63,324 bases of DNA, filler included, from Acidimicrobiia bacterium (GCA_046759765.1; 20 parts of 20 records of this genome joined end to end with filler, not necessarily neighbours in it); one strand, 5' to 3'; shown: positions 9,361 through 20,352, numbered from the whole stretch's first letter. Notes: generated by a model not told the origin, from the sequence alone. Program-made: numbers and translations.

Positions 9361-10084
9361 TCAAAGGCGCCATCTCACGCGCTGCATCCACCACTTCCTG
9401 GCAGCTCGGCGCAACGTTGTCGTGCCCCTCGTCCTATTTCTCCGCTGAAGGCGCAGCACGGGTTTGTAGAGCCCGTAGTGCTTCAGACGGGAAAGGGTCA
9501 AGTTCCGGAAGTTGAAACTGCCGGGCAGGCTCTGTTGGTAAGTCCCAACATCTGCCTCCAGCGATGGGCCATACTCTCGCCGATAGGATTCGAACAGTTC
9601 CTGCTTCACCCAGTCGAACAGTTGAATGTCCGCCTGCTGGGCTTCGACCAGCAGCTGCCGCGTGCTCTCTGTTGAGAGCAGACGGTCCTTGATAGCGTTG
9701 TTGCGCGCCACGTTTACGCGCTTGTAGGAGATGTCCAGCTCGTTGACTCGGAGGCCTTTCAACAAGACCATCGATTCATCAAAATACTCAGACAAGCCGA
9801 CGAACATGTCCTTCTCTTTGATCAGGCGTATGGCTTCATTGACATCATCTCCACCGCTGATCTGTTTCGTATGGCGGTTCCGTACCCAATCTTGCTGAAT
9901 CCAGTCTTCAAAGACGAGGTCCTTCTTGCCCGATATCTGCACCTTGTATTGAAAGCGAGATGCGCACGCCTTGATAGGATCGCGCATGAGTGTGAGATAC
10001 TCGAGACCGGTGTCGACCTCCGCCAAGTCCGTATAACCCGTGACACGATGTCCGGCAACGCTCCTCAACTTGGGATAGAGCGTT
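9361..10084 (-). CDS. Sulfotransferase family protein (5' partial)
   Basis: GH..YLTLMRDPIKACASRFQY (3'-phosphate-binding RDP motif), FVGLSEYFDES, DIQLF; lower GC than its neighbours. Confidence 0.7.
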
Positions 10085-10184
10085 NNNNNNNNNNNNNNNN
10101 NNNNNNNNNNNNNNNNNNNNNNNNNNNNTTAATTAATTAANNNNNNNNNNNNNNNNNNNNNNNNNNNNNNNNNNNNNNNNNNNN

Positions 10185-11128
10185 ACATTCCGGTGGTCGA
10201 TACCAAGGGCTGGCGGCTCAGCGTCGGTGGAAGGGTGCGCCGCGAGCTTTCGGTGACCCTCGACGACATCCGCTTACGACCGAGGCGCAGTCTCGCCGTC
10301 ACCATGGAATGCGCCGGCAATGGACGGGCCCTGCTCACACCCCGTCCCATCAGCCAGCCCTGGCTGCTGGAGGCAGTCAGCACGGCGGAGTGGACGGGCA
10401 CGCCTCTGCGCCATCTGCTCGAAGAAGCAGCTCTCCTCGACGGTGCTGTCGAGGTGCTGTTCACAGGACTCGACCGGGGCATCGAGGGTGGGGTCGAGCA
10501 GACCTACCAGCGAAGCCTTCCCGTCGAAGAGGCGATGCGCGAGGAGGTGCTGCTCGCCTATGAGATCAACGGCCAGCCCCTTCCGCCCCAGCACGGCTTC
10601 CCGCTCCGCCTCGTGGTCCCGGGCTGGTACGGCATGACCAACGTGAAGTGGCTGGACGCGATCACTGTGCTCGAGCGGCCGTTCGATGGGCACCAGCAGG
10701 CGGTCGCCTACCGGTTCCGCTCGACAGACGACGACGTCGTCGGCGTCCCGGTGACCCGGATGGCGCCCCGAGCGCTGATGGTGCCTCCGGGGATCCCCGA
10801 TTTCATGACTCGGCGACGCTTCATCGAGATGGCCTCGGTCACGATCCAAGGTCGCGCCTGGTCAGGCTCGGCGCAGGTCACCCGGGTCGAGTTCAGCGCG
10901 GATCGTGGAGCGACGTGGAGCGACACCGAGCTCGGTAAGCAGGTCTCGCCGTGGGCCTGGTGCCCATGGTCGTATACCTGGGAGCCGCCCGGGCCCGGGG
11001 AGTACGACCTGGCCTGTCGAGCCACGGACGGTGCCGGAAACGAGCAACCCCTTGACCCGCCTTGGAACGTCGGCGGCTACGCCAACAACTCCCCCCAGTC
11101 GATACCCGTCACCGTGCGGGAAGCCTGA
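10185..11128 (+). CDS. Sulfite oxidase family molybdoenzyme (5' partial)
   Basis: TMECAGNGR (Mo-Cys), HGFPLRLVVPGWYGMTNVKWL, CRATDGAGNEQP. Confidence 0.92.
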
Positions 11129-11153
11129 GCGGGCTCGTCCACCGTCCTCTTGG

Positions 11154-11933
11154 TCAGGCGGTGGGCCCGAGTGACCGAGCGATCATGAGCGCCCGGTCGA
11201 GATCCACCGATGCCTCGATGCGGTACGTGACGCCATCCTCTTCCCATAGCAAGGTGTTGGCGGCGAGTCGGGTGGAGTCCGTGAGGACTGTGCCGTCGGG
11301 GTCGAGATAGGCGATGCGGTGCGGCTCCCCGCTGATCCAGAAGCCCTCGTTGCCTCTTACCACCACTGGGTCCAGCGTCGTGCCCGTCGAGGCCACCTTG
11401 AGCAGCGCATCGCTGTCGAGCCGGGCTCGGAACTGGGTGAGAAGCGCCCCGACCTCGGTTCCCTCGGAAGTCTCCGACAGCTCACCATCCGCGGCGTAGA
11501 CCAAGTAGACGAGCCCCCCCTGCGGCAAGGTCGCGAGGCGCACCTCATCGGGATCTCCCAGGTCGGCTGGGACGAGAATCGGAAACTCGACCTGTGCCTG
11601 TGCCTCGGCCAGCGTGGTCCGCTCACCCAAATCGACATCGGTGGGACCGACCTCGGGGAACCGCTCGTCGTCCAGGCTGATGCGCACTCCCTCGATACCC
11701 AAGAGATCCGCGACGGCCTCTCTGACCGGTGCTAAGGCAAGCCCCACCGCCACGGCGATGATCAAGGCCGCCGCAGCGGCGAGGCCAACGCCGAGGCGAC
11801 GCCGAAGGAAGCCGCGGCCCGCTGATTCCTCCTCGAGCAGGGCACGGACCCGAGCGGCCAGCTCTGGCGCCTCCGGATCGGCGATGTGTTCGGCGAGATC
11901 CTTGAGTCGCCGCTCCAGATTCCGTTCATCCAC
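11154..11933 (-). CDS. Putative membrane-bound anti-sigma factor
   Basis: Overlaps the ECF stop; short cytoplasmic N-terminus, one TM helix and an extracytoplasmic domain. Confidence 0.65.
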   Translation of the reverse strand: MDERNLERRLKDLAEHIADPEAPELAARVRALLEEESAGRGFLRRRLGVGLAAAAALIIAVAVGLALAPVREAVADLLGIEGVRISLDDERFPEVGPTDVDLGERTTLAEAQAQVEFPILVPADLGDPDEVRLATLPQGGLVYLVYAADGELSETSEGTEVGALLTQFRARLDSDALLKVASTGTTLDPVVVRGNEGFWISGEPHRIAYLDPDGTVLTDSTRLAANTLLWEEDGVTYRIEASVDLDRALMIARSLGPTA

Positions 11934-12513
11934 GATGGCCCTGCCCTTCGCTTGGCGGTTCGGCCAGGCCCACATCACGGCGAAGACGGCTCAGCGCTCG
12001 TGACAATCGGGACTTGACGGTCCCTTGGGGGATGCTCAACACGGTGGCCGCTTCGGCCTCAGACAGTCCCAGAAAATAGGAACAAGCCACCACGACCCGC
12101 AGCTTCTCGGGGAGCCGATTCACTGCCCCGAGCAGCAGCTCCCGCTCCTCCGAGGCCAAGACCGCCGACTCTGGAGACGGGGCCGCGTCTCCAGAGCCAC
12201 GGTGCTCTCTCAGCGTCATCTCGCGGCGACTGCGCCGGCTCTGTGAGCGTCGCCGGTTCTTGGCCTCGTTGGCCACGATGCGCAGCAGCCACGGTCGGAA
12301 GGGTGCGCCCTCGCGGAAGCGATCGAGGGACGAGTAGGCCTTCACCAACGCCTCCTGGGTAGTGTCGGCGGCTTCAGGTGCCGATCCAGTGATGACATAG
12401 GCCAGCCGGTGCGCCGCCTGCTGGTGTATCCGGACCAGCGATTCGAACGCATCCAGATCACCTTCCTTGGCCCGTCGGGCGAGCTCCTCGTCTCCCAGTG
12501 GTCGGCCCTCCAC
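11926..12513 (-). CDS. ECF RNA polymerase sigma factor
   Basis: AADTTQEAL..FRPWLLRIVAN (region 2); GLSEAEAATVLSIPQGTVKSRLSRA (region 4). Confidence 0.93.
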   Translation of the reverse strand: MEGRPLGDEELARRAKEGDLDAFESLVRIHQQAAHRLAYVITGSAPEAADTTQEALVKAYSSLDRFREGAPFRPWLLRIVANEAKNRRRSQSRRSRREMTLREHRGSGDAAPSPESAVLASEERELLLGAVNRLPEKLRVVVACSYFLGLSEAEAATVLSIPQGTVKSRLSRALSRLRRDVGLAEPPSEGQGHRG

Positions 12514-12525
12514 TTGGTGGTCTTT

Positions 12526-12551
12526 CAGACGGCATCATGGCGGACGGTCCC
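12526..12551 (-). promoter_or_regulatory. Putative ECF promoter GGGAC-N16-GTCT
   Basis: Lies about 13 nt before the sigma start; same spacing as the motif at 13193-13218. Confidence 0.45.
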
Positions 12552-12583
12552 CTCGGCAGCCTGGCGTTCCTGACCGACGACCG

Positions 12584-13168
12584 TCAGACTGTGAGGGGTC
12601 GCCTGCGAGCTCTCACGAGAACCGCCACCACGACTGTCAGCGCGATAGCGATGGCCGCCACGGTCAACGAGATACCGCTGGCGAAGCCGGCGATTCCTCC
12701 GTCCTCGGCTCCGAGCGAGAAGCCGATGGACTCCAGGGCAGCGCTCAGGTCGGTGTCGGCGCGAAACCAGCCGCCGAAGGTCCGGTTGACTTCGCTAGTC
12801 GGGTCTCCGCCGAGTCGCTGTCCGGGTGCGACATAGGTGACCGGCCCGTCCTCGGCCAGCGGATAGATGTCCTGGCGAACGGGTTCCGCGAAGCCGAGAT
12901 CCCACAGCAGCGACAACCTGGGACCGAGGTCACCCGACGGAGGATCGGCCATGAGAATGCCGGGGTCGGTACGGAAGATCGCCGAGTACACATGGGCGCT
13001 CTCGGCGAGGTTTTGGAGGGCGCTCTCTGCCGTGTCCGTGAGTGTCTGGACGGTGCCGTCCTCGGCTTCCACGGTCACCTCGATGGCCCCTTTGGCGAGT
13101 GCCGACGACGGGATGGCGACCAGCACGGCAGCCAATCCGACCGACACGGTGAGACGCAAAGCTCTCAT
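12584..13168 (-). CDS. Secreted protein with C-terminal membrane anchor
   Basis: Signal peptide ending ALA-KG; C-terminal TM followed by RARRR; GAGGAGG RBS. Confidence 0.75.
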   Translation of the reverse strand: MRALRLTVSVGLAAVLVAIPSSALAKGAIEVTVEAEDGTVQTLTDTAESALQNLAESAHVYSAIFRTDPGILMADPPSGDLGPRLSLLWDLGFAEPVRQDIYPLAEDGPVTYVAPGQRLGGDPTSEVNRTFGGWFRADTDLSAALESIGFSLGAEDGGIAGFASGISLTVAAIAIALTVVVAVLVRARRRPLTV

Positions 13169-13192
13169 GGCAACCTCCTCATCACCCTTCCA

Positions 13193-13218
13193 TACACCGC
13201 AGGGTCACCCAGGGTTCC
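13193..13218 (-). promoter_or_regulatory. Putative ECF promoter GGAAC-N16-GTGT
   Basis: About 25 nt upstream of ATG 13168. Confidence 0.45.
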
Positions 13219-13262
13219 GTGTTTCTCCCCGACCTTCAGGTGAGTCAGGCGATCCCAGCACT

Positions 13263-13435
13263 CACGTTCCGGGTCCAGGGCCATGCTCCCGGCTTGTTGG
13301 GTCGGCCCGGAGAGCTTCGAGATGATCCGTGAGATGGTCCAGCGTGGTGCGGGCGGTCTGAGCGTGGCGACCTTCGATCCTGTGGTCGCTGAAACGAGCT
13401 TCGACGAACAGATCGGTGAGGGTGGCGAGCTCCCT
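13263..13435 (-). CDS. DUF4129-like protein, C-terminal part
   Basis: LATLTDLFVEARFSDHRI in a minus frame not listed in the ORF track. Confidence 0.6.
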
Positions 13436-13741
13436 NNNNNNNNNNNNNNNNNNNNNNNNNNNNNNNNNNNNNNNNNNNNTTAATTAATTAANNNNNNNNN
13501 NNNNNNNNNNNNNNNNNNNNNNNNNNNNNNNNNNNGAAGGCGAGCGGTTTGACGGAGTGGTTATCCTCGTTGAACGGTCAGCGAAAGTGTGAGGTGTGCT
13601 TAGCTCGTTGAAATGCAACAAATAGGTGGTCGCTGAGTTGTGAGCGGCAAAGGGGACACACGCCGATCGTATGAACGAGCGCCGAGGCGACGGGGGTGCT
13701 ACGAATCCTGCGAGTCGGAATGAAAGTTGTGTCGAGGAGGA

Positions 13742-14629
13742 GCTGCCGCTCTCAATACGGCCTTTCTCAACGATGGGGCTTTCGTCTTTCTGCCCAAGAA
13801 CACTTTGATCGAGGATCCAATCCACCTCCTTTTTCTCTCCACGGCCGGCGCGGAGGCGGGCGTCTCGCATCCTCGGAATCTCATTCTCGCCGAGGCCGGG
13901 AGCCAGGCAAGGATCGTCGAGAGCTATGCCGGAGCCGACGGGGACGTCTATTTCACCAATGCGGTCACCGAGGTCGTGATGGGGGAAAGCGCCAATGTCG
14001 ATCACTATAAGCTCCAGCGCGAGAGCCGGCAGGCGTTCCACTTCGCCACCTAGCAGTTCCATCAGGAGCGGAGCGCGGCCGTCTCCACGCACTCCATCTC
14101 CCTGGGGGGTGGGTTGGTTCGAAACGACATCAATGCCGTACTGGATGGCGACGGCGGGGACCTCATCCTCAATGGGCTCTACGTGGTGGAGGGTAGGCAA
14201 CACGTGGATCACCATACCGTGATCGACCATGCCAAGCCCCACTGTACGAGTCGGGAGCTGTACAAAGGCATCTTGAGCGAACAATCCCGTGCCGTCTTCA
14301 ACGGCCGCATCATCGTACGCCCGGACGCCCAGAAGACCGACGCCAAGCAGACCAACAAGAACCTTCTGCTCTCCGACGAGGCGCTGGTCAATACCAATCC
14401 CCAGCTCGAGATCAACGCCGACGACGTCAAGTGTGCCCACGGGGCGACGATCGGTCAGCTAGACGCCGATGTTCTCTTCTACCTTCGCTCCCGGGGCATC
14501 GATCTCGAGACGGCGCGACATCTCTTAACTTACGGATTCATGAGTGATATCAGCGGGCGGATCCAGATCGGTGCGATCCGCTCCGAGCTGGAAAGAGTCC
14601 TCTTTGCCAGCTTGCCACCCGGTAAGTAA
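13742..14629 (+). pseudogene. sufD: Fe-S assembly protein SufD, 5'-truncated with in-frame TAG
   Basis: ALNTAF.DGAFV, SRAVFNGRI, PQLEINADDVKCAHGATIGQLD, FYLRSRGI; TAG at 14051-14053; sequence upstream of ~13742 is not SufD-like. Confidence 0.85.
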
Positions 14630-14650
14630 AGACAGGTAAGGAATCGTGTC

Positions 14651-15919
14651 ATGAGTGTTACCAGCGATTCGTCGGTCACCCATCCGGTCGCGGCGAGAAA
14701 GCCCTACGACGTCTACCGCATCCGGGAGGACTTCCCGATTCTGAAACAGCAGGTTCGAGGCAAGCCCCTCGTCTACTTGGACAGCGCCGCCAGCTCACAG
14801 AAGCCGAAAAGAGTCCTTGACGCCATCACCCGGCTCTACTCGGAGGATTATTCGAACGTCCATCGCGGCGTACACGAGCTCAGCCAGCGGTCGACCAAGG
14901 CCTACGAAGACGCCCGGCTGAAGGTCCGGCGTTTCATCAACGCCGCCAGCGAGAGGGAGATTATCTTCGTCCGCGGCACCACCGAGGCCATCAATCTGGT
15001 AGCCCATACATTTGGACGAGAAGAAGTCCGGGCCGGAGACGAGGTGCTCATCACGACCATGGAGCACCATTCCAACATCGTTCCTTGGCAGATTCTCTGC
15101 GAGGAAAAGGGTGCTCATCTGCGGGTCGCTCCTATCAATGACCGGGGCGAGCTGATCATGGAGGAGCTCGAGAAGCTCCTGAGCCCCAAGACCAAGTTGG
15201 TGGCGATGGCTCATGTATCGAACGCGCTGGGGACCATCAACCCGGTGCGTGAGGTCATCGGCATGGCGCACGCGCAGAACATCCCCGTTCTTCTCGATGC
15301 CGCCCAGGCGGTACCGCACCTGCCGATCGACGTGAGGGAGCTGGACGTTGATTTCTTCGCTTTCTCGAGCCATAAGATGTTCGGGCCTTCCGGAGTGGGC
15401 GTTCTCTACGGAAAAGAGGCGCTTCTAGACGCGATGCCTCCCTACCAGGGCGGGGGAGACATGATCAGCTCCGTCACCTTCGAGAAGACGACCTACAACC
15501 GGCTTCCCTACAAGTTCGAGGCGGGAACGCCGAATATTGCGGACGTCGTGGGCTTGGGTGTAGCCATCGACTACCTCGACGAGATCGGGATGGATGCCAT
15601 CGGTCCTTACGAGCACGAGCTGCTGACCTATGGTACTGAGGCGCTTTCGGAAATCCCCGGGCTCACCATCGTGGGACAGGCCAGAGAAAAGGCCGCCGTC
15701 CTTTCGTTCGCCTTGAAGGGAATTCATCCTCACGACGTCGGCACGATCCTGGACCAGGACGGGATTGCCGTGCGGACCGGGCACCACTGCGCGCAGCCGG
15801 TCATGGAGAGGTTCGGACTTCCTGCCACCGCGCGTGCATCGCTGGCCCTCTACAATACGAAGGAGGAGATCGATCTCCTGGTCGAGGGAATCCACAAGGT
15901 CATCGAGGTGTTTCATTGA
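14651..15919 (+). CDS. sufS: Cysteine desulfurase SufS
   Basis: YLDSAASSQKP, FSSHKMFGP (PLP Lys), VRTGHHCAQP. Confidence 0.96.
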   Translation: MSVTSDSSVTHPVAARKPYDVYRIREDFPILKQQVRGKPLVYLDSAASSQKPKRVLDAITRLYSEDYSNVHRGVHELSQRSTKAYEDARLKVRRFINAASEREIIFVRGTTEAINLVAHTFGREEVRAGDEVLITTMEHHSNIVPWQILCEEKGAHLRVAPINDRGELIMEELEKLLSPKTKLVAMAHVSNALGTINPVREVIGMAHAQNIPVLLDAAQAVPHLPIDVRELDVDFFAFSSHKMFGPSGVGVLYGKEALLDAMPPYQGGGDMISSVTFEKTTYNRLPYKFEAGTPNIADVVGLGVAIDYLDEIGMDAIGPYEHELLTYGTEALSEIPGLTIVGQAREKAAVLSFALKGIHPHDVGTILDQDGIAVRTGHHCAQPVMERFGLPATARASLALYNTKEEIDLLVEGIHKVIEVFH

Positions 15920-16371
15920 TGGAGGGACTTCGTGAGCTCTATCAGGAAGTCATCCTGGACCACAGCAAGAAGCCTCGGAACTTTCGCGAGATAGACAACG
16001 CCGAGCACAAGGCCAAGGGTCACAACCCGCTGTGCGGCGACAAGATTAGCGTCTTCGTGACCCTGAAAGAGGGAAAGATCCAGGACATCGGCTTCCAGGG
16101 AGCCGGTTGTGCCATCTCGACGGCATCGGCTTCCATGATGACGGAAAGCCTGAAAGGGAAGACGATGGCGGAGGCGGAGGCTCTCTTCGGGCGCTTCCAT
16201 GACCTGGTTACCGGGAAGCTCGAGTCGGGGGAGGGGACCGACGAGCTCGGGAAGCTGGCGGTCTTCGCCGGGGTTCAGGAGTTTCCGATTCGCGTCAAGT
16301 GCGCGACACTGGCCTGGCACACTTTGCGTGCCGCGGTCGAGAACCGCAAAGAGGCAGTATCGACGGAGTAA
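15919..16371 (+). CDS. sufU: SUF system NifU-family protein
   Basis: LYQEVILDH, NPLCGD, GCAISTAS, RVKCATLAW. Confidence 0.95.
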   Translation: MEGLRELYQEVILDHSKKPRNFREIDNAEHKAKGHNPLCGDKISVFVTLKEGKIQDIGFQGAGCAISTASASMMTESLKGKTMAEAEALFGRFHDLVTGKLESGEGTDELGKLAVFAGVQEFPIRVKCATLAWHTLRAAVENRKEAVSTE

Positions 16372-16376
16372 CGAAC

Positions 16377-16736
16377 ATGACCGACACGAACGATCGTAAG
16401 CCGACGAGCCCGGCCAGCGAGGGCGCCGGAGCGCAGGACCTCAAGAGCAAAGTCATCGAGGTCCTGGAGACCTGCTACGACCCCGAGATCCCGGTGAATA
16501 TCTACGAATTGGGACTCATCTACGACATCGACGTCGCGCCGTCGGGGGCGGTGGCCATTCGCATGACTCTGACCTCGCCCGCCTGCCCGGTGGCCGGCTC
16601 GCTCCCTCCAGAAGTAGAGTCCAAGGTGGGCAACATCGAGGGCGTGAGCTCCGCCAAGGTGGACGTCGTCTGGGAACCTCCCTGGACGCCGGAGAAGATG
16701 AGCGAGGCGGCCCGACTTCAGCTCGGGATGTTCTGA
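16377..16736 (+). CDS. sufT: SUF Fe-S assembly protein (DUF59/SufT)
   Basis: DPEIPVNIYELGLIY, MTLTSPACP, PPWTPEKMSE. Confidence 0.92.
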   Translation: MTDTNDRKPTSPASEGAGAQDLKSKVIEVLETCYDPEIPVNIYELGLIYDIDVAPSGAVAIRMTLTSPACPVAGSLPPEVESKVGNIEGVSSAKVDVVWEPPWTPEKMSEAARLQLGMF

Positions 16737-16837
16737 ANNNNNNNNNNNNNNNNNNNNNNNNNNNNNNNNNNNNNNNNNNNNTTAATTAATTAANNNNNNN
16801 NNNNNNNNNNNNNNNNNNNNNNNNNNNNNNNNNNNNN

Positions 16838-18272
16838 CATAGATGGGTTCTGGCCAGACGAACAACAGGAGACATCCTAACGAGGTGATGACGAGCGCGA
16901 TCACGCACGGAAGGGGAGCCTCCCTGATGGCCGTTGCTGCTTCCGGTTGTGGGGGATTTTTGAAAAACGCGCGCACGGGAATAGGCAACAAGTAGGCCAC
17001 ATTGAGGAGTGCGCTTATGAGCAAGATCGCGAGCAGGAGAACTTGCCCCGCCTCCAGGGTTCCAAGGGCGAGGTACCACTTGCTCCACATGCCCCCCATC
17101 GGGGGCAATCCAATCACACTAAGACTGCCAATGAGGAAGGCAACCATGGTGATCGGCATGGTCTTCCCTAACCCATCCATTTGGCTAACCTCGGTCTTAT
17201 GAGTAGCCACCGCGACGGCTCCCGCGCAGAAGAAGAGCGTGATCTTGCCGAAGGCATGCATGGTGATGTGCATGCCGCTTCCGACAACACCCCAAGCGTT
17301 CGCCAGCAAGGCGCCGAGGATGACATAGGAGAGCTGACTGATGGTGGAATAGGCAAGCCTGGCCTTCAGGTTGTCTTGTCTCATGGCAACCAAGGAGCCG
17401 ACCAGAATCGTGATTCCGGCGAGATACATGAGCCACTGACGCGCGCCGAGATTCGAGAGGACATCGAAGCCAAAGAGATACACTGACACCTTTAGAATTG
17501 TGAAGACCCCAGCCTTCACCACCGCGACGGCATGGAGGAGGGCGCTGACCGGCGTTGGCGCCACCATCGCAGCGGGAAGCCAGCGATGAAACGGCATCAG
17601 CGCCGCTTTGCCGATGCCCAGGACGTACAAGGCAAAGAGGAGTCCCATGACGGGCGGTGACGCCTTCCCTTGCAGCAGACCGCCAAGGGTGAAGTCGAGT
17701 GTGCCGGCCAGCACCCATGTCCAGATAATGGCCAGCAGTTGGAGCCCGATCGAGGTGCCAAGTAAGAACCCCAAATAGACTCTGCCTGCACGTCTCGCCC
17801 CCTTCGTGCCGAGATGCGTGACTAGAGGGTAGGTCGAAAGCGTCAGCACTTCGTAGAACACGAACAGCGTCACCATGTTGGCGGCGAAGGCCACACCCAT
17901 GGTGCTTGCGAGCGCGATGGCAAAGTACAGGTAAAAGCGGGTCTGATGTCGATCGTGGTGCCCACGCATGTACCCGATCGAATAGATCGAAGTGACGATC
18001 CATAAAAAGCTGGCAGTCAATCCGAAGAGCAGACCGAGTGGTTCAACCTCGAGCGCGATGGAGAGATCCGGCAGCGGTGTCGCGAGGACGGCCGCGGGCC
18101 TCACGCCGCTCAGGACCGCTGGCAGGAGCGAAACCACCAGGCTGAACAGCAGCACAGCGGTGATGAGCGTGACCGTCTCCCTGACGTTGGGATGCCGGTG
18201 TGACAATCCGATCAGGATGGCGCCGACGAGGGGGACAAGAGGCGCGAGCAGGACGATCGTGTCGGGAGTCAC
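16838..18272 (-). CDS. mrpD: Mrp/Mnh cation:H+ antiporter subunit D-family paralog (3' partial)
   Basis: GKAALMPFHRWLPAAMVAPTPVSALLHAVAVVKAG, LAYSTISQL. Confidence 0.88.
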
Positions 18273-19750
18273 GGTGTGGTACCTAAGAGATAGTCAGCTG
18301 CCTGGCCTGCCACACCGATGCTGAGAGAAGTATCAAAGCCGAAATAGATCGTGAGACCGATCGGCGCCCACGTTGGAATGAGCATGCTGAGCGGGGCCTC
18401 TTGGACTGCGGCCTTATCCTTGCGCAACGGCCGGAAATAGGCGGCCTCGATCACCCGCCAGATGTAGATGACTGCAAGTAGAGAGCCAATCAAGACAACC
18501 GCAGCCACAGGCCACCATCCATGCTCAATCGCTGCAAGGACCAAGTACCATTTACTGATAAAGCCCACGGTCAACGGGATGCCGATCAGACTCAAGCCGC
18601 CCACCACGAAGGCCGCCATGGTCCAAGGCATCTGTTTCCCGATCCCTTCGAGGTCGCTGATGCGGGCGGAGCCCGCTCGAAGCACGAGGCACCCCATGAC
18701 GAGGAACAGCCCACCCTTCGTCATGGCGTGATTGAACAGGTGAACGATACCCGCTGTCAGTCCTGTGACCGAGGCAAAGCTGATCCCCAAGACGATATAA
18801 CCGATCTGGGCCACGCTGGAGTAGGCCAGCAGGCGTTTAACATCGTTCTGGAAGATCGCCACGCTGGATGCGGCCAATACCCCCAGGACTGCCAGGGCCA
18901 TCAGGATTTCGCCGAACGGCAGACTTTCAAAAATCATCGTGGCGCCGAAGACCGTGAAGAAAAATCGGAGGAGGATATAGACCGCGACCTTCGTCGCCGT
19001 GGCGGCGAGAAAGGCAGTGACGACTGACGGGGCGTAGGCGTAAGCATTGGGGAGCCACAGGTGCAACGGGAACAGCGCCAACTTCAAGCCGGCCCCGACC
19101 GTGAGAAAGGCGAAGGCAGCGCGAACCGTCCTGGTATCGGCCACCGGCGGGACCCGGTTCGCCAGGTCGGCCATGTTGAGCGTGCCGGTCATCATATAGA
19201 GGAGCCCCACGCCAATCAGGATAAAGGTGGCGCCGATCGTTCCCATGACAAGGTATCGGTAGGCGGCGGTGAGCGCCCGTCGGTCCTTCCCCAGACTGAT
19301 CAAGATATAGGACGACAGCGATGAGATCTCCAGGAACACAAAGAGGTTGAAGGCGTCGCCGGTGATCGTGATTCCCAGCAGACCGGCAAGGCAGAGGAGG
19401 TACGCGGTGTAGAAGAGCGGGATTCGGTCGGTTGGGATTTCCCGCCTGACGCTGGTCCGGGCGAATGGCAGGACAACCGCACCGATGCCAGCGACAATCA
19501 GAAGGAGGAACCCATTGAGGACGTCGATGCGATATTCTATCCCCCAGGGCGCGGCCCAATTGCCCATGGCGTAGGAGATCGTGCCGGAGGCCAGAACCTG
19601 GTCGAGCAACGCGGCGGCGATGCCCAGCGTGCTCCAGCTCACCAGCAGCGCGAAGCCCCAGACGAGCCCGCTGTGGTGCAATAGCAGACAGGCCGGGGCG
19701 GCTATCAGGGGAACGACGACTTGTAAGGCAGGCAGGTGGGCGGCGATCAC
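18269..19750 (-). CDS. mrpD: Mrp/Mnh antiporter subunit D
   Basis: DAFNLFVFLEIS, KLALFPLHLWLPNAY, KRLLAYSSVAQIGY. Confidence 0.92.
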   Translation of the reverse strand: MIAAHLPALQVVVPLIAAPACLLLHHSGLVWGFALLVSWSTLGIAAALLDQVLASGTISYAMGNWAAPWGIEYRIDVLNGFLLLIVAGIGAVVLPFARTSVRREIPTDRIPLFYTAYLLCLAGLLGITITGDAFNLFVFLEISSLSSYILISLGKDRRALTAAYRYLVMGTIGATFILIGVGLLYMMTGTLNMADLANRVPPVADTRTVRAAFAFLTVGAGLKLALFPLHLWLPNAYAYAPSVVTAFLAATATKVAVYILLRFFFTVFGATMIFESLPFGEILMALAVLGVLAASSVAIFQNDVKRLLAYSSVAQIGYIVLGISFASVTGLTAGIVHLFNHAMTKGGLFLVMGCLVLRAGSARISDLEGIGKQMPWTMAAFVVGGLSLIGIPLTVGFISKWYLVLAAIEHGWWPVAAVVLIGSLLAVIYIWRVIEAAYFRPLRKDKAAVQEAPLSMLIPTWAPIGLTIYFGFDTSLSIGVAGQAADYLLGTTP

Positions 19751-19968
19751 GGCTCCTCGTCCTGATCGAGAATCTCGTCTTCCTCCACGGTGTCGTAAGC
19801 TTCCCGGATGCGAACTACCAGAGCCAACCCAAGCGCGCTGGTGGCCACACCGACCACGATCGCCGTGAGAATCAGGACATGAGGAAGCGGGTTGGAATAG
19901 AGGGTCAGGCCTTCGGCGATGATCGGGGCGGTACCCCCTTCAACCTTGCTCATGCTGATATAGAGGAT
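19747..19968 (-). CDS. mrpC: Mrp/Mnh antiporter subunit C (5' partial)
   Basis: NPLPHVLILTAIVVG. Confidence 0.92.
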   Translation of the reverse strand: MLYISMSKVEGGTAPIIAEGLTLYSNPLPHVLILTAIVVGVATSALGLALVVRIREAYDTVEEDEILDQDEEP

Positions 19969-20068
19969 NNNNNNNNNNNNNNNNNNNNNNNNNNNNNNNN
20001 NNNNNNNNNNNNTTAATTAATTAANNNNNNNNNNNNNNNNNNNNNNNNNNNNNNNNNNNNNNNNNNNN

Positions 20069-20337
20069 GGATCGGGATGCAGGTACTCGAGGCCGTAGTC
20101 GTCGAGATGCAGCTCGTTGTCGCGGAGCGTCGGGCTGGCCTGAATCAAGTTGTGGGCGGTGGAGCAGGTGTCGTGGAGGAACCCGGGAAGGGTGAGTTCA
20201 TCGGTGGCGGTGTTTCCGCCAATCTGCTGCTGAGCTTCCAGCACCAGGACTCGTAATCCGGCTTTGGCCAGATAAGCGGAGGCCACCAGGCTGTTGTGCC
20301 CCGCTCCGGCTACGACGATGTCGTAGGTGTCACTCAT
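20069..20337 (-). CDS. Phytoene desaturase-family FAD oxidoreductase, N-terminus
   Basis: GAGHNSLV..LAKAGLRVLVLE..IGG..LTLPGFLHD. Confidence 0.85.
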
Positions 20338-20352
20338 CGGTGGCGGTGAGCT

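Noticed and set aside
14051..14053. Amber (TAG) recoding suggested by in-frame TAGs in sufD and at 3110-3112
   Set aside because: Intact genes here end in TAG (e.g. 3001-3003, 53912-53914), both interrupted genes are also truncated, and no Pyl machinery is visible.
13742..16736. sufDSUT as the continuation of the sufB genes at 40001 or 50071
   Set aside because: Different contigs and a different sequence style; sufB at 40001 is followed by nuoB.
16838..19968. Tandem mrpD paralogs as novel
   Set aside because: Multiple MrpD-family subunits are common in this type of mrp operon.
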